NCBI GenBank assembly: GCA_963762255.1 | Contig: CAVXKA010000002.1 | Location: 608,001-672,000 of the forward strand | Length of the DNA: 64,000 nucleotides | Source of the DNA: Candidatus Eiseniibacteriota bacterium | Lineage (GTDB): Bacteria > Eisenbacteria > RBG-16-71-46 > JABDJR01 | Direction: 5' to 3' | Shown: in pieces, positions 1 through 9,410 of the stretch | Layout of the letters: every line of letters begins with the position of its first letter | Numbering within the stretch: the first letter of the stretch is position 1 | Program-made: the position numbers and the translations under genes | The notes under the pieces: model-generated | Told to the model about the DNA's origin: nothing | Seen by the model: the letters and a program-made list of their open reading frames with translations, nothing else | The model's database searches: none

Positions 1-32
1 CATCCGATCTCACCGATTCGCGGGGCTCCGGG

Positions 33-1388
33 TCAGCCGCACCCGCCCTTGGCCACGACCTTGCGCTGCAACACGACCTTCCTGACGTAGTCGCGCTCGG
101 GGGCGTTCCGGCCGTTGAACCACGACGGGCGGCCGCCCGCCGTCATCAATACCGAAGCCTCCGGGCAGTCGGGCGCGGGGGCATGGCTGAGCTTCTCGGG
201 TTGGGCCGATGCAATCATGTCCCCGACGCTCACGTGGAACCGCCAGGCCGGCGCGTCGTCGGCGCCCCCCCGATCGGAGGAAACCCGCTCCGCCACGCAC
301 GGGCTCGGAGGATACGCATCGAGCCAGCCGTTGATCCCACCATCAATGACGTAGATATTGATCACGCCCTGCGTCTTGAGATGCTTCCACGCCTCCGTGG
401 CGGCGCGCTCACCGTTGCTGATCAAGAAGGTGATCTGATTGTCGGGGAGTCCCTGCATCTCCCGCAGGAAGACTTGATCCCCGGTGCGTTGAGGATCGAC
501 CCGGCGTGAACCGGCAAGGTGGAATCGGTTGTAGTCATCTTCCGGGCGCACGTCGATGATCCGCACCGCGAGCGAGAGATCCTTGCGCAAGTCGACGACC
601 TCGACGGGGGCCACGTAGATGGCGCGTGCGGCCAGTTCCGGGCCGCTCTTACCTTGAATCCAGTTCCAGCGCGCCTCCGCATCGGGCTGGCCGATCACGG
701 CGACGACCGCGGCGAGTCCGACGAGCGCCGCCGCCGCCAGTCGGCCGCGGGTGACGACGCGTCGGGGGCGGCGCGTGGAGGAAGCGCCGGTGCTGTCCGC
801 GATTCCGCTGCGCGGGCCGAAGTGACGCTCCGAGGCCTCGGCGAGGACGAACATGCCAAGCGCCATCAACACCAGGAGCAGAACCGCCACCCCTGCCGGC
901 ACGCCGAGCCACTCATCGACGGTGAAGCGACCCAGGTAACTCGACCGCCACCACGCGTCGAAGCGATGAACGGTCTCGCCGAACAGGAACACACCGCCCA
1001 ACCCGCCGAGCACGAAAGCGATCCCGTCGAGCTTGAGCGTCGAGGCGGCGACCAGGGACGTGCCCGGGCAGAAACCGCCCACGACGAAGCCCACCCCCAT
1101 GACGAGCCCCCCCACGATCCCCGGCCAGAGATAGGTCGGGTTCACCCAGACCTTCTGCATGTCGATCAGTTGGAGCGACGACGCCAGAAAGATGAGCACC
1201 GCGGCCACGATGATCCCGGTGAACATCACCTTGAGCACGGTCATCTCGCGCAGATAGAACTGCGCGGCCAGCTTCCGCGAATCTCCGAAGCCGGACATCT
1301 CGAGCACGGCTCCAAAGGCCATCCCGATGGATAGGAAGATGAAAAACTCGATCAGCGTCCCGAGAGCGGCGGGATGAAAGGGCGCCAT
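33..1388 (-). CDS. YeeE/YedE (sulfur transport family) membrane protein fused to a rhodanese-like domain, C-terminal GGCG tail
   Basis: Multi-TM N-half with GMAFGAVLEMSGF, QFYLREMTVLKVMFTGI and GGFCPGT, typical of YeeE/YedE. C-half has rhodanese motifs (IIDVRPEDDYNRFHLAGS, YVIDGGINGW). Protein ends KVVAKGGCG. Confidence 0.85.
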   Translation of the reverse strand: MAPFHPAALGTLIEFFIFLSIGMAFGAVLEMSGFGDSRKLAAQFYLREMTVLKVMFTGIIVAAVLIFLASSLQLIDMQKVWVNPTYLWPGIVGGLVMGVGFVVGGFCPGTSLVAASTLKLDGIAFVLGGLGGVFLFGETVHRFDAWWRSSYLGRFTVDEWLGVPAGVAVLLLVLMALGMFVLAEASERHFGPRSGIADSTGASSTRRPRRVVTRGRLAAAALVGLAAVVAVIGQPDAEARWNWIQGKSGPELAARAIYVAPVEVVDLRKDLSLAVRIIDVRPEDDYNRFHLAGSRRVDPQRTGDQVFLREMQGLPDNQITFLISNGERAATEAWKHLKTQGVINIYVIDGGINGWLDAYPPSPCVAERVSSDRGGADDAPAWRFHVSVGDMIASAQPEKLSHAPAPDCPEASVLMTAGGRPSWFNGRNAPERDYVRKVVLQRKVVAKGGCG

Positions 1389-1397
1389 GATTCCTCC

Positions 1398-1925
1398 TCA
1401 GTTCCAGAGTCGGCGCAAGGAGCGTGCGAGTGCGTAGGCCGACGCGAAGATCGCGAACATGAATGCGAAGCTCCCCACCGAAAGGACAGCGCCCCCGCTC
1501 AACGCCTGCCCCGACGTGCACCCGCGGGCCATGCGCGCACCGTAGGCCATGATCAGCCCGCCCAGGAACGCGAAGAGCCAGCGCGCGGGGACGGAGACGC
1601 GGGGGCCTCGGCGGGTTTCCGGCCGGAAACGGCGGCTGACGATGCCGGAGATCGCCCCGCCAAGGACGATGCCGAGGAGCATGTACACGCCGGGATGTCG
1701 GAGCGGGGACCGCTCCCCACCCCCGATCTCCGCCATGTAAGCCACGCGATCCACGTGCGCCGGGGCGAACGCGTCCAGGATGGCGACCTGGACATGGGTG
1801 ATCGCCCCCGAAGCGCCGAGACCGTTGCCGGTCACGTAGAAGGAGAGAAAGAGAACGACACCCAGGAGCGCTCCTCCGAGGTAGGGGTTGATGTAGCCGC
1901 GAGGCGGCTTACGTGCACTAGGCAC
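1398..1925 (-). CDS. YeeE/YedE family protein (half-transporter)
   Basis: Motifs NPYLGG, GLGASG and GARMARGCTSGQALSGG; about 4 TM segments; start overlaps the upstream stop. Confidence 0.85.
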   Translation of the reverse strand: MPSARKPPRGYINPYLGGALLGVVLFLSFYVTGNGLGASGAITHVQVAILDAFAPAHVDRVAYMAEIGGGERSPLRHPGVYMLLGIVLGGAISGIVSRRFRPETRRGPRVSVPARWLFAFLGGLIMAYGARMARGCTSGQALSGGAVLSVGSFAFMFAIFASAYALARSLRRLWN

Positions 1926-4182
1926 CGGCGTCTCCCTTCCGGGTGATGTATTCGGATTCGATCTCGTCGTAGCCGTCCACCATCGCCCGCAGATTGGAGG
2001 TCACGGTATGACCGGTTGTAGTCAAGTAGACATGCAGGACTATGAATGCCAGAAACAGCCAGGCACCGAAATTGTGCAGCGGGGCCAGCACACCGAGGCC
2101 TCCCATCCGGTCGGCCAGGTCCGGCCATCGGGACATGCCCCAGATGAGAGTGCCGGTCAGCACCTGCATCGGGAAGAGCACGTTCAGGAGGGTGAGATAA
2201 GTCACCTGCTGGAGCGGATTGAGTCGCTGCTCCACCGTCTTGGGGGATGGGTGCGGACGGCCGAGAAAGATCCCCGACGTGTAGAAGCGCGCCTGATCGA
2301 GAATGCGCGTCAGCATCGCCTCACGCTGAGGAAGGAACCGATGGATGGCTCGGCTGGTCACATGATAGAAGAGCGAGAGGAATCCGTTGGTGACAAGGAT
2401 GAAGGCGAACACATTGTGAAGCGCGATCGCGCGGGGAAGGGACAGCATCGCGTGGTCGCCCGTGAAGTGCACCTGCAACCCGGTGAACATCAACACGAGC
2501 ACGCTTCCCGCCATCAGCCAGTGCCAGATGCGCTCGTAGGTCGTGTAGAGGTAGACCCGCTCGAGCGGCGTATCGCTCGGCCGGCGCGAGCGGCGCATCA
2601 GGAACCGAACCGTCGCGTGAATGGCGACGACGAGTACGACCGCAACGAAGAGCAGAAACCCCAAGCGATCCATCCATCCGCCGCGGGCGTGGCCGAACAC
2701 GTGGAGACCCGGCGGGTCGGGGGACGCGGCGAGCGGTCCCGCCGATAGCCCGGTAGGTATGTAGGGCGCCAGCGGGAGCCCGGCGGCCAGTCGTCCCCCC
2801 GGAGCGTGGCAAGCGTTGCAGTCGTGCATGACCTGCGCCCCCGACTGAACGCCGTGCCGGATCGGGTAGTAGCTCACCGTCGAGACCATGCGGGGATCGG
2901 CCACTCCAAGGCCGACCAGCCGCGCCCGAACCGCATCCACTTTAGCGGCCGTGTCCAATCGAAGCTCGGGGCCTTCCAGATCTCCGTCGCTGTTCAGGTC
3001 GAGGGCCGAAAGGATGGACGCTTCGAAGTGACCGTCCACGAGATACGCTCGCGTCACCCTTTCCCACGGCACCGGGACACCTGCGGGTCCGCTTGTCCAG
3101 GCGAACGAGGACACCGCGTTGAACGGGGCCAGCTTCCAGCGCCCGGAGCCGTCGGGTGCCCGCCTCAATAGAGGAGCGTATCCGGAGTCGTAGGCGGTAT
3201 TGAGCGACTCCCCCGCCTTCATGTCGAATCCGCGCAGTACCATCGCCGGCGACCCGCTCGGGGTCACCACGGTGCTGTCGACGAGCTGCATGGCCGGCCC
3301 GAATAGCTCGGGGACATGGCAGGAACGACAGGCCAGAACTTCCAGGTGTCTCTGCTTGTAGGGGAGGAAGTTGTGGACCTCGAGCGGATCGTGACAGGAC
3401 TGGCAATCGGCCGCGACCAGCTCATGATCGGGGCGCTTGAGATACTCGGACAGATCCATGTGTCGCGGATCGTCCACAAGGAACCCGGGGCGCGAACGCT
3501 TCACCCCCGCATTCATCGGGTTGTTCCCTGCGTAGTGGCAATCGACGCACGTCACCAGTCGGCGCGCATGCGCGTCCCAGGGGTACGCCCTCCCTTCCTT
3601 GCCGCGCAGGTTCAGGTGCGAGTCGGAGATGTTCTGGCCCGAGATGATCTCTCCCGTCCGCAGGGTGAGCAGATAGGTGTGGTCTCCACCGGGACGGAGG
3701 CCGAAATCCGCCGGGATCTCCAGGGGATCGCGGCCGGGGTGGACGATACCGTGACAGGTGGCGCACTGCGCGTCGCGGGGACTGCTCAAGCGCAGAGCTT
3801 CCCGGCGGAGCTTTCCATCCGCGTCATAGGCCTCGGGGGCCACCGGAAACCGTCCTCCATCGAAGTGGCACGACGCGCATTCCACGCGTACGGACCCGGT
3901 CCAGTGATCGTTGTGCGCGAGGATCGACCCGACGTCGTGGCACCCGCCGCAGGTGCGTTCCGAGGAGACCGAATGCCCGGAAATCGCAATCGGTGTCCCG
4001 GCGGAATCGAGCGGGGCAAAGATCGGATGCATGGGATTCGGAGCCGCGAGCTGCGCCGCCCTTGTCGGCACCTCCCGCTCGTTCCCCTGCGCGTGCGCGT
4101 TCGCGGAATGCAATACGGCCGTCCCGACGGCGGCGACGAGCATCCCGGCCGCCCACGTCGTTATGCTGCGATGGATGCTCAT
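1918..4182 (-). CDS. Multiheme (7 CxxCH) cytochrome c fused to a C-terminal di-heme cytochrome b (PhsC/HyaC-like) membrane domain
   Basis: Signal peptide; CGGCH, CASCH, CATCH, CVDCH, CQSCH, CRSCH, CNACH. C-terminal TM domain with YERIWHWL, LHNV, NPLQQVTY, LHNF, LHVYL (4 His). Confidence 0.85.
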   Translation of the reverse strand: MSIHRSITTWAAGMLVAAVGTAVLHSANAHAQGNEREVPTRAAQLAAPNPMHPIFAPLDSAGTPIAISGHSVSSERTCGGCHDVGSILAHNDHWTGSVRVECASCHFDGGRFPVAPEAYDADGKLRREALRLSSPRDAQCATCHGIVHPGRDPLEIPADFGLRPGGDHTYLLTLRTGEIISGQNISDSHLNLRGKEGRAYPWDAHARRLVTCVDCHYAGNNPMNAGVKRSRPGFLVDDPRHMDLSEYLKRPDHELVAADCQSCHDPLEVHNFLPYKQRHLEVLACRSCHVPELFGPAMQLVDSTVVTPSGSPAMVLRGFDMKAGESLNTAYDSGYAPLLRRAPDGSGRWKLAPFNAVSSFAWTSGPAGVPVPWERVTRAYLVDGHFEASILSALDLNSDGDLEGPELRLDTAAKVDAVRARLVGLGVADPRMVSTVSYYPIRHGVQSGAQVMHDCNACHAPGGRLAAGLPLAPYIPTGLSAGPLAASPDPPGLHVFGHARGGWMDRLGFLLFVAVVLVVAIHATVRFLMRRSRRPSDTPLERVYLYTTYERIWHWLMAGSVLVLMFTGLQVHFTGDHAMLSLPRAIALHNVFAFILVTNGFLSLFYHVTSRAIHRFLPQREAMLTRILDQARFYTSGIFLGRPHPSPKTVEQRLNPLQQVTYLTLLNVLFPMQVLTGTLIWGMSRWPDLADRMGGLGVLAPLHNFGAWLFLAFIVLHVYLTTTGHTVTSNLRAMVDGYDEIESEYITRKGDAGA

Positions 4183-5627
4183 GGCCGGCCTCCCGTGCGG
4201 ATCGGATCGTCCGCGTAGCCGAGGGCGGCCCAGTCCATGCGTCCGCCCTCGCCATGACAGTCGTCACAGGCGAGTGCCCGTTCCTTGGGCGTGACCGTGT
4301 GCGAGAGCGGCCAATAGGTGGCGGTTCGGGCGAAACCGTAGTCGCCGCTGTAGGGAATCCCCGCCGCCCGAGCGCCAAGGCGCAGCGAGGCGTCCCAATC
4401 GAAGGTCTTCCAGTATCCCCCCGCGCCGCCGGTGATCGGCGTGAGGAGAATGGCGTTGGTGCGATCGTAGGGTTGAAGCGCCCGGTGGATCTTGAAAGGC
4501 CAGATGCGGGCCTCCGCTTCTCCGATTCCGCCGTGCGGCCGATTCAAGTCCGTAACCCGGGTGGTATCGATGCGGTCCCCGAGCAGGTAGCGATCGACGC
4601 TGCGGTCGAACCACATGTACTCGGGGGTGATGTCTTGGTCGTAGAGGAACTCCCCCTTGATCTTGAGGTAGTGGTGCGGATCCTCGACCCGGGTCGAGTC
4701 CCCCGCCCGACTCCAGTCCCATGAGGTCTTGGTCGGGAGCTTGCGCGCATAGGTGGGAATGTGACAGGTCTGGCAGGCCACCGAGCGGAGATGCGCGTTG
4801 AGGCGTTCATCAGCGTGCGGCGGGCCGGCGTGGCAGTCCGTACAGGCCACCCCGTTCGCTCCCTCAACGCTGACCGAGAACGAACGCCCTGGAACGCGGT
4901 GCTCGGTTGTGCGGTGGCAATCCACGCAGAGCATCTCCAATCTCCCCATGTGGACGTCATCCCCTTCGGAGGGGTTGTCCAGGCTGCTATCCAGGTCTCC
5001 GTGCTTCACGCCCTGCCCACCACCCCCATAGTTGTGGCAGACACCACAGTTCTCGCGGGAGGGGGTCCCGACCGACTTGGCGGCAGCGAGAAGATCACTC
5101 TCGCTCTTGGGAAGTCCCGCCTCTCCCTTCACATAGGTCCCGCTGTGCTCATGGCAGACGAGGCAGTCCACATTCTCGGACCGGGTGAAATCGAAAGTGC
5201 TGTCGCGCCAGCCATAGCCGGCGTGGCACTTCATGCAGGAGACTTCATTGCCGATCGAGCTGATGCAGAAATTGTTGATCAGGTTCTTCTTGCCGATGCG
5301 CTGCTTGCCCTCGTGCCCGGGCACCACGACCTCGTCTCCGAGCCACTCCCAGTGCGCGGTCTGCATGACCTCCTTGGCCGCCTGCGGGTGGCATTCCAGA
5401 CAGGCCCGAGTCACGTCCTGGGGGGTCTCGAACGGCTTGGAGAAGTACGCACTGTGATCCAGGTGGCTGCGATCGGCGGGACGGTACAAGTTCTCCGCGG
5501 CCGGACGCGCTTCGTGCGGCGGCATACTCAGGTGCGCGCCACTCCAGATCGCTGCCCCGAACGCGACACCGAGCGCCAACGTGACCGGTAGCCAGCGACG
5601 GCGGGAAGGGAGACGCCGGGGGCTCAT
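4179..5627 (-). CDS. otr: Octaheme c-type cytochrome, tetrathionate reductase (OTR) family
   Basis: 8 CxxCH motifs plus OTR hallmarks VTRACLECH, GKKNLINNFC, CHAGYGW, GGGGQGVKHGDLD, DVHM, TKTSWDWSRAG and IWPFK. Confidence 0.9.
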   Translation of the reverse strand: MSPRRLPSRRRWLPVTLALGVAFGAAIWSGAHLSMPPHEARPAAENLYRPADRSHLDHSAYFSKPFETPQDVTRACLECHPQAAKEVMQTAHWEWLGDEVVVPGHEGKQRIGKKNLINNFCISSIGNEVSCMKCHAGYGWRDSTFDFTRSENVDCLVCHEHSGTYVKGEAGLPKSESDLLAAAKSVGTPSRENCGVCHNYGGGGQGVKHGDLDSSLDNPSEGDDVHMGRLEMLCVDCHRTTEHRVPGRSFSVSVEGANGVACTDCHAGPPHADERLNAHLRSVACQTCHIPTYARKLPTKTSWDWSRAGDSTRVEDPHHYLKIKGEFLYDQDITPEYMWFDRSVDRYLLGDRIDTTRVTDLNRPHGGIGEAEARIWPFKIHRALQPYDRTNAILLTPITGGAGGYWKTFDWDASLRLGARAAGIPYSGDYGFARTATYWPLSHTVTPKERALACDDCHGEGGRMDWAALGYADDPIRTGGRP

Positions 5628-6061
5628 GCTGCCACCCTTCCGCCGCAGCGCTTCGCGATCTCGGCCAAGGTCGTGCTCTTGAGGTAGTCGAGGAATTCGC
5701 CTTCCAACTCACGTACCGCGTGGCCGAAGGCGCACTCGTGCCCGGCATGGGAGCCGCAGTCATGGTTGCGGAAGAGGCATGGACGGAGCCGGATTGTCCC
5801 CTCGATCGCCTCGAAGACATCGATCAGCCGTATCCGGGAGGCGCTCTTGGCCAGACGAAACCCACCTCCCACTCCCCGGCGCGCAGTGAGCAGGCCGCAG
5901 CGCGATAGCCGCTGGCAAACCTTGGTCATGTGAGCCTCGGACGCGCCGCAGGCCTCGGCGAGCGCGCGAGCGCTCATCACTTCACCCCGCCGCACCGCCA
6001 GGTGCCCGGCCGCGTGGAGGCCGAGGGCCGCCGCTTCCGAGATGTTCAACAACGTGGCCAT
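5624..6061 (-). CDS. Rrf2 family transcriptional regulator
   Basis: SEAAALGLHA, winged-helix RGVGGGFRLAK, IRLIDVFEAIEG, three C-terminal Cys (CLF..C..C). ATGA overlap with otr. Confidence 0.9.
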   Translation of the reverse strand: MATLLNISEAAALGLHAAGHLAVRRGEVMSARALAEACGASEAHMTKVCQRLSRCGLLTARRGVGGGFRLAKSASRIRLIDVFEAIEGTIRLRPCLFRNHDCGSHAGHECAFGHAVRELEGEFLDYLKSTTLAEIAKRCGGRVAA

Positions 6062-6250
6062 GGAATCTCCTGGTGAGGGGTCAACTCAACGGCAAACAAG
6101 TATGCCTTTACCTGTTATGCGCGCCCAATCTGTTCTTTCGAATATGCAATTCTCTTCGGGACTGACCAAGCTCTTCCTCCTCACGCTCCCACCGCTAGGG
6201 TAGAATGCCGCCGCAACCCCCTCACCTCCACGCAAGGAGCACCGGCCGCC

Positions 6251-8257
6251 ATGATCGAAGGCCACGAGACGAAGTCGCTGCCTGAGAACGCCTACGAGCC
6301 GCTCAAGCCGGGCGAGACCTACAAGCCCATCGTCCCCGCCGACGTCCATATGCACGAGCTGACTTGGCGATCGATCCTGTGGGGGCTCGCGCTCTGCGTG
6401 ATCTTCACCGTGGCCTCCGCCTATTCCGGGCTCAAGGTGGGGCAGGTGATGGAGGCGGCGATCCCGATCTCCATCCTGGCGATCGGAATCGCCCGCGCGT
6501 TCCCGAGGCGCTCGACCCTTCTCGAGAACGTCATCATCACCGGGATCGGGGGCGTCTCCGGTTCCGTGGTGGCGGGGGCGATCTTCACGCTTCCCGCACT
6601 CTATGTCCTGCAGCTCAACCCTCACCCGCTCCAGGCGATCTTCATCTGTCTCGCCGGGGCCTGTCTGGGGATCCTGTTCCTCATCCCGCTTCGCCGCTTC
6701 TTCGTGCGCGAGATGCACGGCCAGCTTCCGTATCCGGAAGCGACGGCGATCACCGAAGTGCTGGTGACGGGAGAGAAGGGCGGTTCCCAGGCCAAGCTGC
6801 TTCTGCAGTCCACCGCCATCGCCGGCGTTTACGACTTCTTCGTGACCACGTTCCACGTCTGGAAGGAATACGTGGATTTCCAGTACATCCCGGTGGTACG
6901 GACGGTCGCGGAACGCGCCAAGGTCGTATTCAGCTTCGACGCCATCGGATTCATCCTCGGCCTCGGCTACGTGATGGGTCTGCGGTCCTCCATGATCCTC
7001 TGCGCGGGAGGCGTGCTGGCCAACTTCGTGCTGGTTCCCCTGGTGTGGCTGATCGGCCGGGATCTGACCAGCCCGGTGTACCCGGCCCTCATCCCCATCG
7101 CCGAGATGAGCGCCACCCAGATCTTCCGGGGCTACGTGCGGTTCATGGGGGTGGGGGCGATCGCAACCGCGGGGATCATCGGCATTCTCAAGTCGCTACC
7201 CATCGTGGTGGGCTCGTTCTCGGTGGCGGCAAAGACATTTCAGGCCGGCGGGCACGACTCGGTGGAGCGCACCGACCGGGACATCCCGATGATGAGCATC
7301 CTGCTCGGCATCGTGGTAAGCGCCATCGGCGCGGCCGTGTTCTTCGCGACACTCGGCACCTCGGTGCCGGTGGTCATCGCGGGCCTCGCGCTCATGCTCT
7401 TGTTCTCGTTCTTCTTCACCTCGGTGGCGGCCAATGCCATCGCTACCACTGCCCGCAACCCGGTCTCGGGCATGACCATGCTCACCATCATCATCTCGTC
7501 GGTCGTCCTGCTGAAATTCGGTCTCTCCGGGACCACGGGGATGTTCTTCGTGATGGCCATTGCCGGTATGGTGTGCACCGCACTGTCCGTGTCGGGCCAG
7601 ACCATCACCGACCTCAAGGCCGGCTACTGGATCGGCTCGACCCCCGCCGCCCAGGAGAAGGTCAAGTTCCTCGGCAGCGTGGCGGCCTCGATCGCGGTGG
7701 GGCTCACTATCGTGCTGCTGGCGAAGGCGTTTCAGTTCGGCGAGGCGGCGCCCGGAGACACACGTCAAGTGCTGGCCGCCCCGCAGGCCTCGATCATGAA
7801 GGAACTGGTCGAAGGGTTCATGAGCGGCCGCCCGGTGGCGTACATCCTCTTCGGCGCCGGAGCCATGATGACGCTGGTGCTGGAGATGCTCGGCGTGCCG
7901 TCACTCATCTTTGCGCTGGGCATGTACCTCCCCCTGGAGCTGAACTCCCCGGCGTTGGTGGGCGGGTTCCTGCATCACTTCGTCACGCGTCGCTCGCGCA
8001 AGGCGGAGGCCAAGGCCGGCTCGTTCATGCGGGAGCGCGGGGTGATCATCGCCTCCGGCCTCATGGCCGGAGGGGCGCTTGGCGGCGTACTCGGGGCCGC
8101 GTTCCGGCTGTTCCCCAGCTACACCGAGGACCGGATCCGGACGCCCTTCTACGACTTCGATCCCATCTCGCAGACGATTTCGGCACTCGCCTTCATCGGG
8201 CTGTGCGTCTATCTGTGGCTCGGCGCGACCCGCCGGGTGAAGGAGAGCGGCGCGTAG
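6251..8257 (+). CDS. OPT family oligopeptide transporter
   Basis: ELTWRS, YSGLKVG, LLENVI, LPYPEATA, NPVSGMT, DLKAGYWIGSTP and APQA motifs; many TM helices; AGGAG RBS upstream. Confidence 0.9.
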   Translation: MIEGHETKSLPENAYEPLKPGETYKPIVPADVHMHELTWRSILWGLALCVIFTVASAYSGLKVGQVMEAAIPISILAIGIARAFPRRSTLLENVIITGIGGVSGSVVAGAIFTLPALYVLQLNPHPLQAIFICLAGACLGILFLIPLRRFFVREMHGQLPYPEATAITEVLVTGEKGGSQAKLLLQSTAIAGVYDFFVTTFHVWKEYVDFQYIPVVRTVAERAKVVFSFDAIGFILGLGYVMGLRSSMILCAGGVLANFVLVPLVWLIGRDLTSPVYPALIPIAEMSATQIFRGYVRFMGVGAIATAGIIGILKSLPIVVGSFSVAAKTFQAGGHDSVERTDRDIPMMSILLGIVVSAIGAAVFFATLGTSVPVVIAGLALMLLFSFFFTSVAANAIATTARNPVSGMTMLTIIISSVVLLKFGLSGTTGMFFVMAIAGMVCTALSVSGQTITDLKAGYWIGSTPAAQEKVKFLGSVAASIAVGLTIVLLAKAFQFGEAAPGDTRQVLAAPQASIMKELVEGFMSGRPVAYILFGAGAMMTLVLEMLGVPSLIFALGMYLPLELNSPALVGGFLHHFVTRRSRKAEAKAGSFMRERGVIIASGLMAGGALGGVLGAAFRLFPSYTEDRIRTPFYDFDPISQTISALAFIGLCVYLWLGATRRVKESGA

Positions 8258-8298
8258 CGGAGAACCGGCGACGCGAGTCACCGGGGGCATTGCTGAGG

Positions 8299-8329
8299 AG
8301 CGGGGCGCGGCGAATGGCCGCGCCCCGCT
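8299..8329. terminator. GC-rich hairpin between convergent genes (probable terminator)
   Basis: 13-bp perfect stem AGCGGGGCGCGGC / GCCGCGCCCCGCT with 5-nt loop; no clear U-tract. Confidence 0.6.
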
Positions 8330-8336
8330 TCATTGT

Positions 8337-9410
8337 CTAGGCCGACGTCTCCGACATCTCCGCTTCGAAGTTCACCTTGTCTTCGATGCGGAGGCGGTGC
8401 GTCTTAAGCAAGTCGTCCAATTCTTCCCGGCTCAGGATGCGATCCGCCGAGGTGTATTCCCGGCCCAACCGCGGGCGCAACTCATTCGGATCGACCAGCT
8501 CCGGCAGAATGGGCTGAATCACGTAGTACTCGTCGCTGTGAATGACCGTTCGATTGCCTTCCTCTTCCGAGATGAGGCTCTCGTGGATCTTCTCGCCGGG
8601 CCGGATCCCGATGACTTGTACCTCGATCGGCCTCTGCCCGATCAGTGCGTTCGCGAGATCGATGATGCGGGCCGCCGGCACCCGCGGCACAAATGTTTCG
8701 CTACGCCGCGCGCTCGTGAGCGCCGCAAAGATCGTGTCCACCGCCCGATCCAGGCTGAGCAGGAATCGTGTCATGTCCGTCGTGGTGATGGTCACCGGCC
8801 CGCCGTTGCGAATCTGCTCGTGAAACATGGGAATCACTGAGCCGCGCGAAACGAGCACGTTGCCGTAGCGCACGCAAATGAACCGTGTCTGCGGGCATTC
8901 CAGGTTCGCATGGATGAAGAGCCGCTCCTGGATCGCCTTGGTCATCCCCATCACGTTGACCGGCTTACAGGCCTTATCGGTCGAGATTCCGACGACGGTG
9001 TCGATGGGCAGCTCGTGCTCCCGGATGGCCCGCACGATGTTCTGCGGTCCGTTGATGTTCGTCTGCACTGCTTCAAAGGGAAAGTACTCGCACGTCGGCA
9101 CTTGCTTGAGGGCGGCGGTGTTGAACACGACATCTACGTCGCGCAGGGCCGAGCAGATGCTGTCGTAGTTACGCACGTCACCGATGCGAAACGTCACCAG
9201 CGCCTGAAAATTGCGGTAGACGAAATCGTTCACGGCCACGCTTCGGTTCTGGTACTCCATCCGCATGTAGTGCTGCTTGGCCTCGTCGCGCGAGTAGACG
9301 ATGATCTGCTTGGGCGTGCCCGATTCCGAGTCAAGCAGTCGTCGAATCAGCACCCTACCCAACGACCCGGTGCCGCCCGTGACCAGAATCCGCTTACCTT
9401 CCAGAATCAT
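8337..9410 (-). CDS. UDP-GlcNAc 4,6-dehydratase/epimerase (CapE/FnlA/PseB-like polysaccharide biosynthesis protein)
   Basis: VTGGTGSLG, SRDEAKQ, GDVR, AALKQVPTCE, STDKA, RYGNV..SRGSVIP, MTRF and GIRPGEK motifs. Confidence 0.9.
   Translation of the reverse strand: MILEGKRILVTGGTGSLGRVLIRRLLDSESGTPKQIIVYSRDEAKQHYMRMEYQNRSVAVNDFVYRNFQALVTFRIGDVRNYDSICSALRDVDVVFNTAALKQVPTCEYFPFEAVQTNINGPQNIVRAIREHELPIDTVVGISTDKACKPVNVMGMTKAIQERLFIHANLECPQTRFICVRYGNVLVSRGSVIPMFHEQIRNGGPVTITTTDMTRFLLSLDRAVDTIFAALTSARRSETFVPRVPAARIIDLANALIGQRPIEVQVIGIRPGEKIHESLISEEEGNRTVIHSDEYYVIQPILPELVDPNELRPRLGREYTSADRILSREELDDLLKTHRLRIEDKVNFEAEMSETSA

Noticed and set aside
33-35. Selenocysteine read-through at the TGA after GGCG, and Sec in the glutathione peroxidase
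   Set aside because: No evident SECIS in the 32 nt available, and GGCG-stop is a plausible natural end. The peroxidase active site is a TGC Cys codon.
5590-5627. Tat signal (SRRRWL) on the octaheme cytochrome
   Set aside because: c-type cytochromes are matured after Sec export; Arg-rich n-regions are common in high-GC genomes.
6364-8340. Long alternative-frame and antisense ORFs (e.g. 6364-8340, 15939-19007, 34753-37371, 50963-52927)
   Set aside because: Arg/Gly/Ala-rich shadows of well-supported genes, expected in high-GC DNA; no recognisable motifs.
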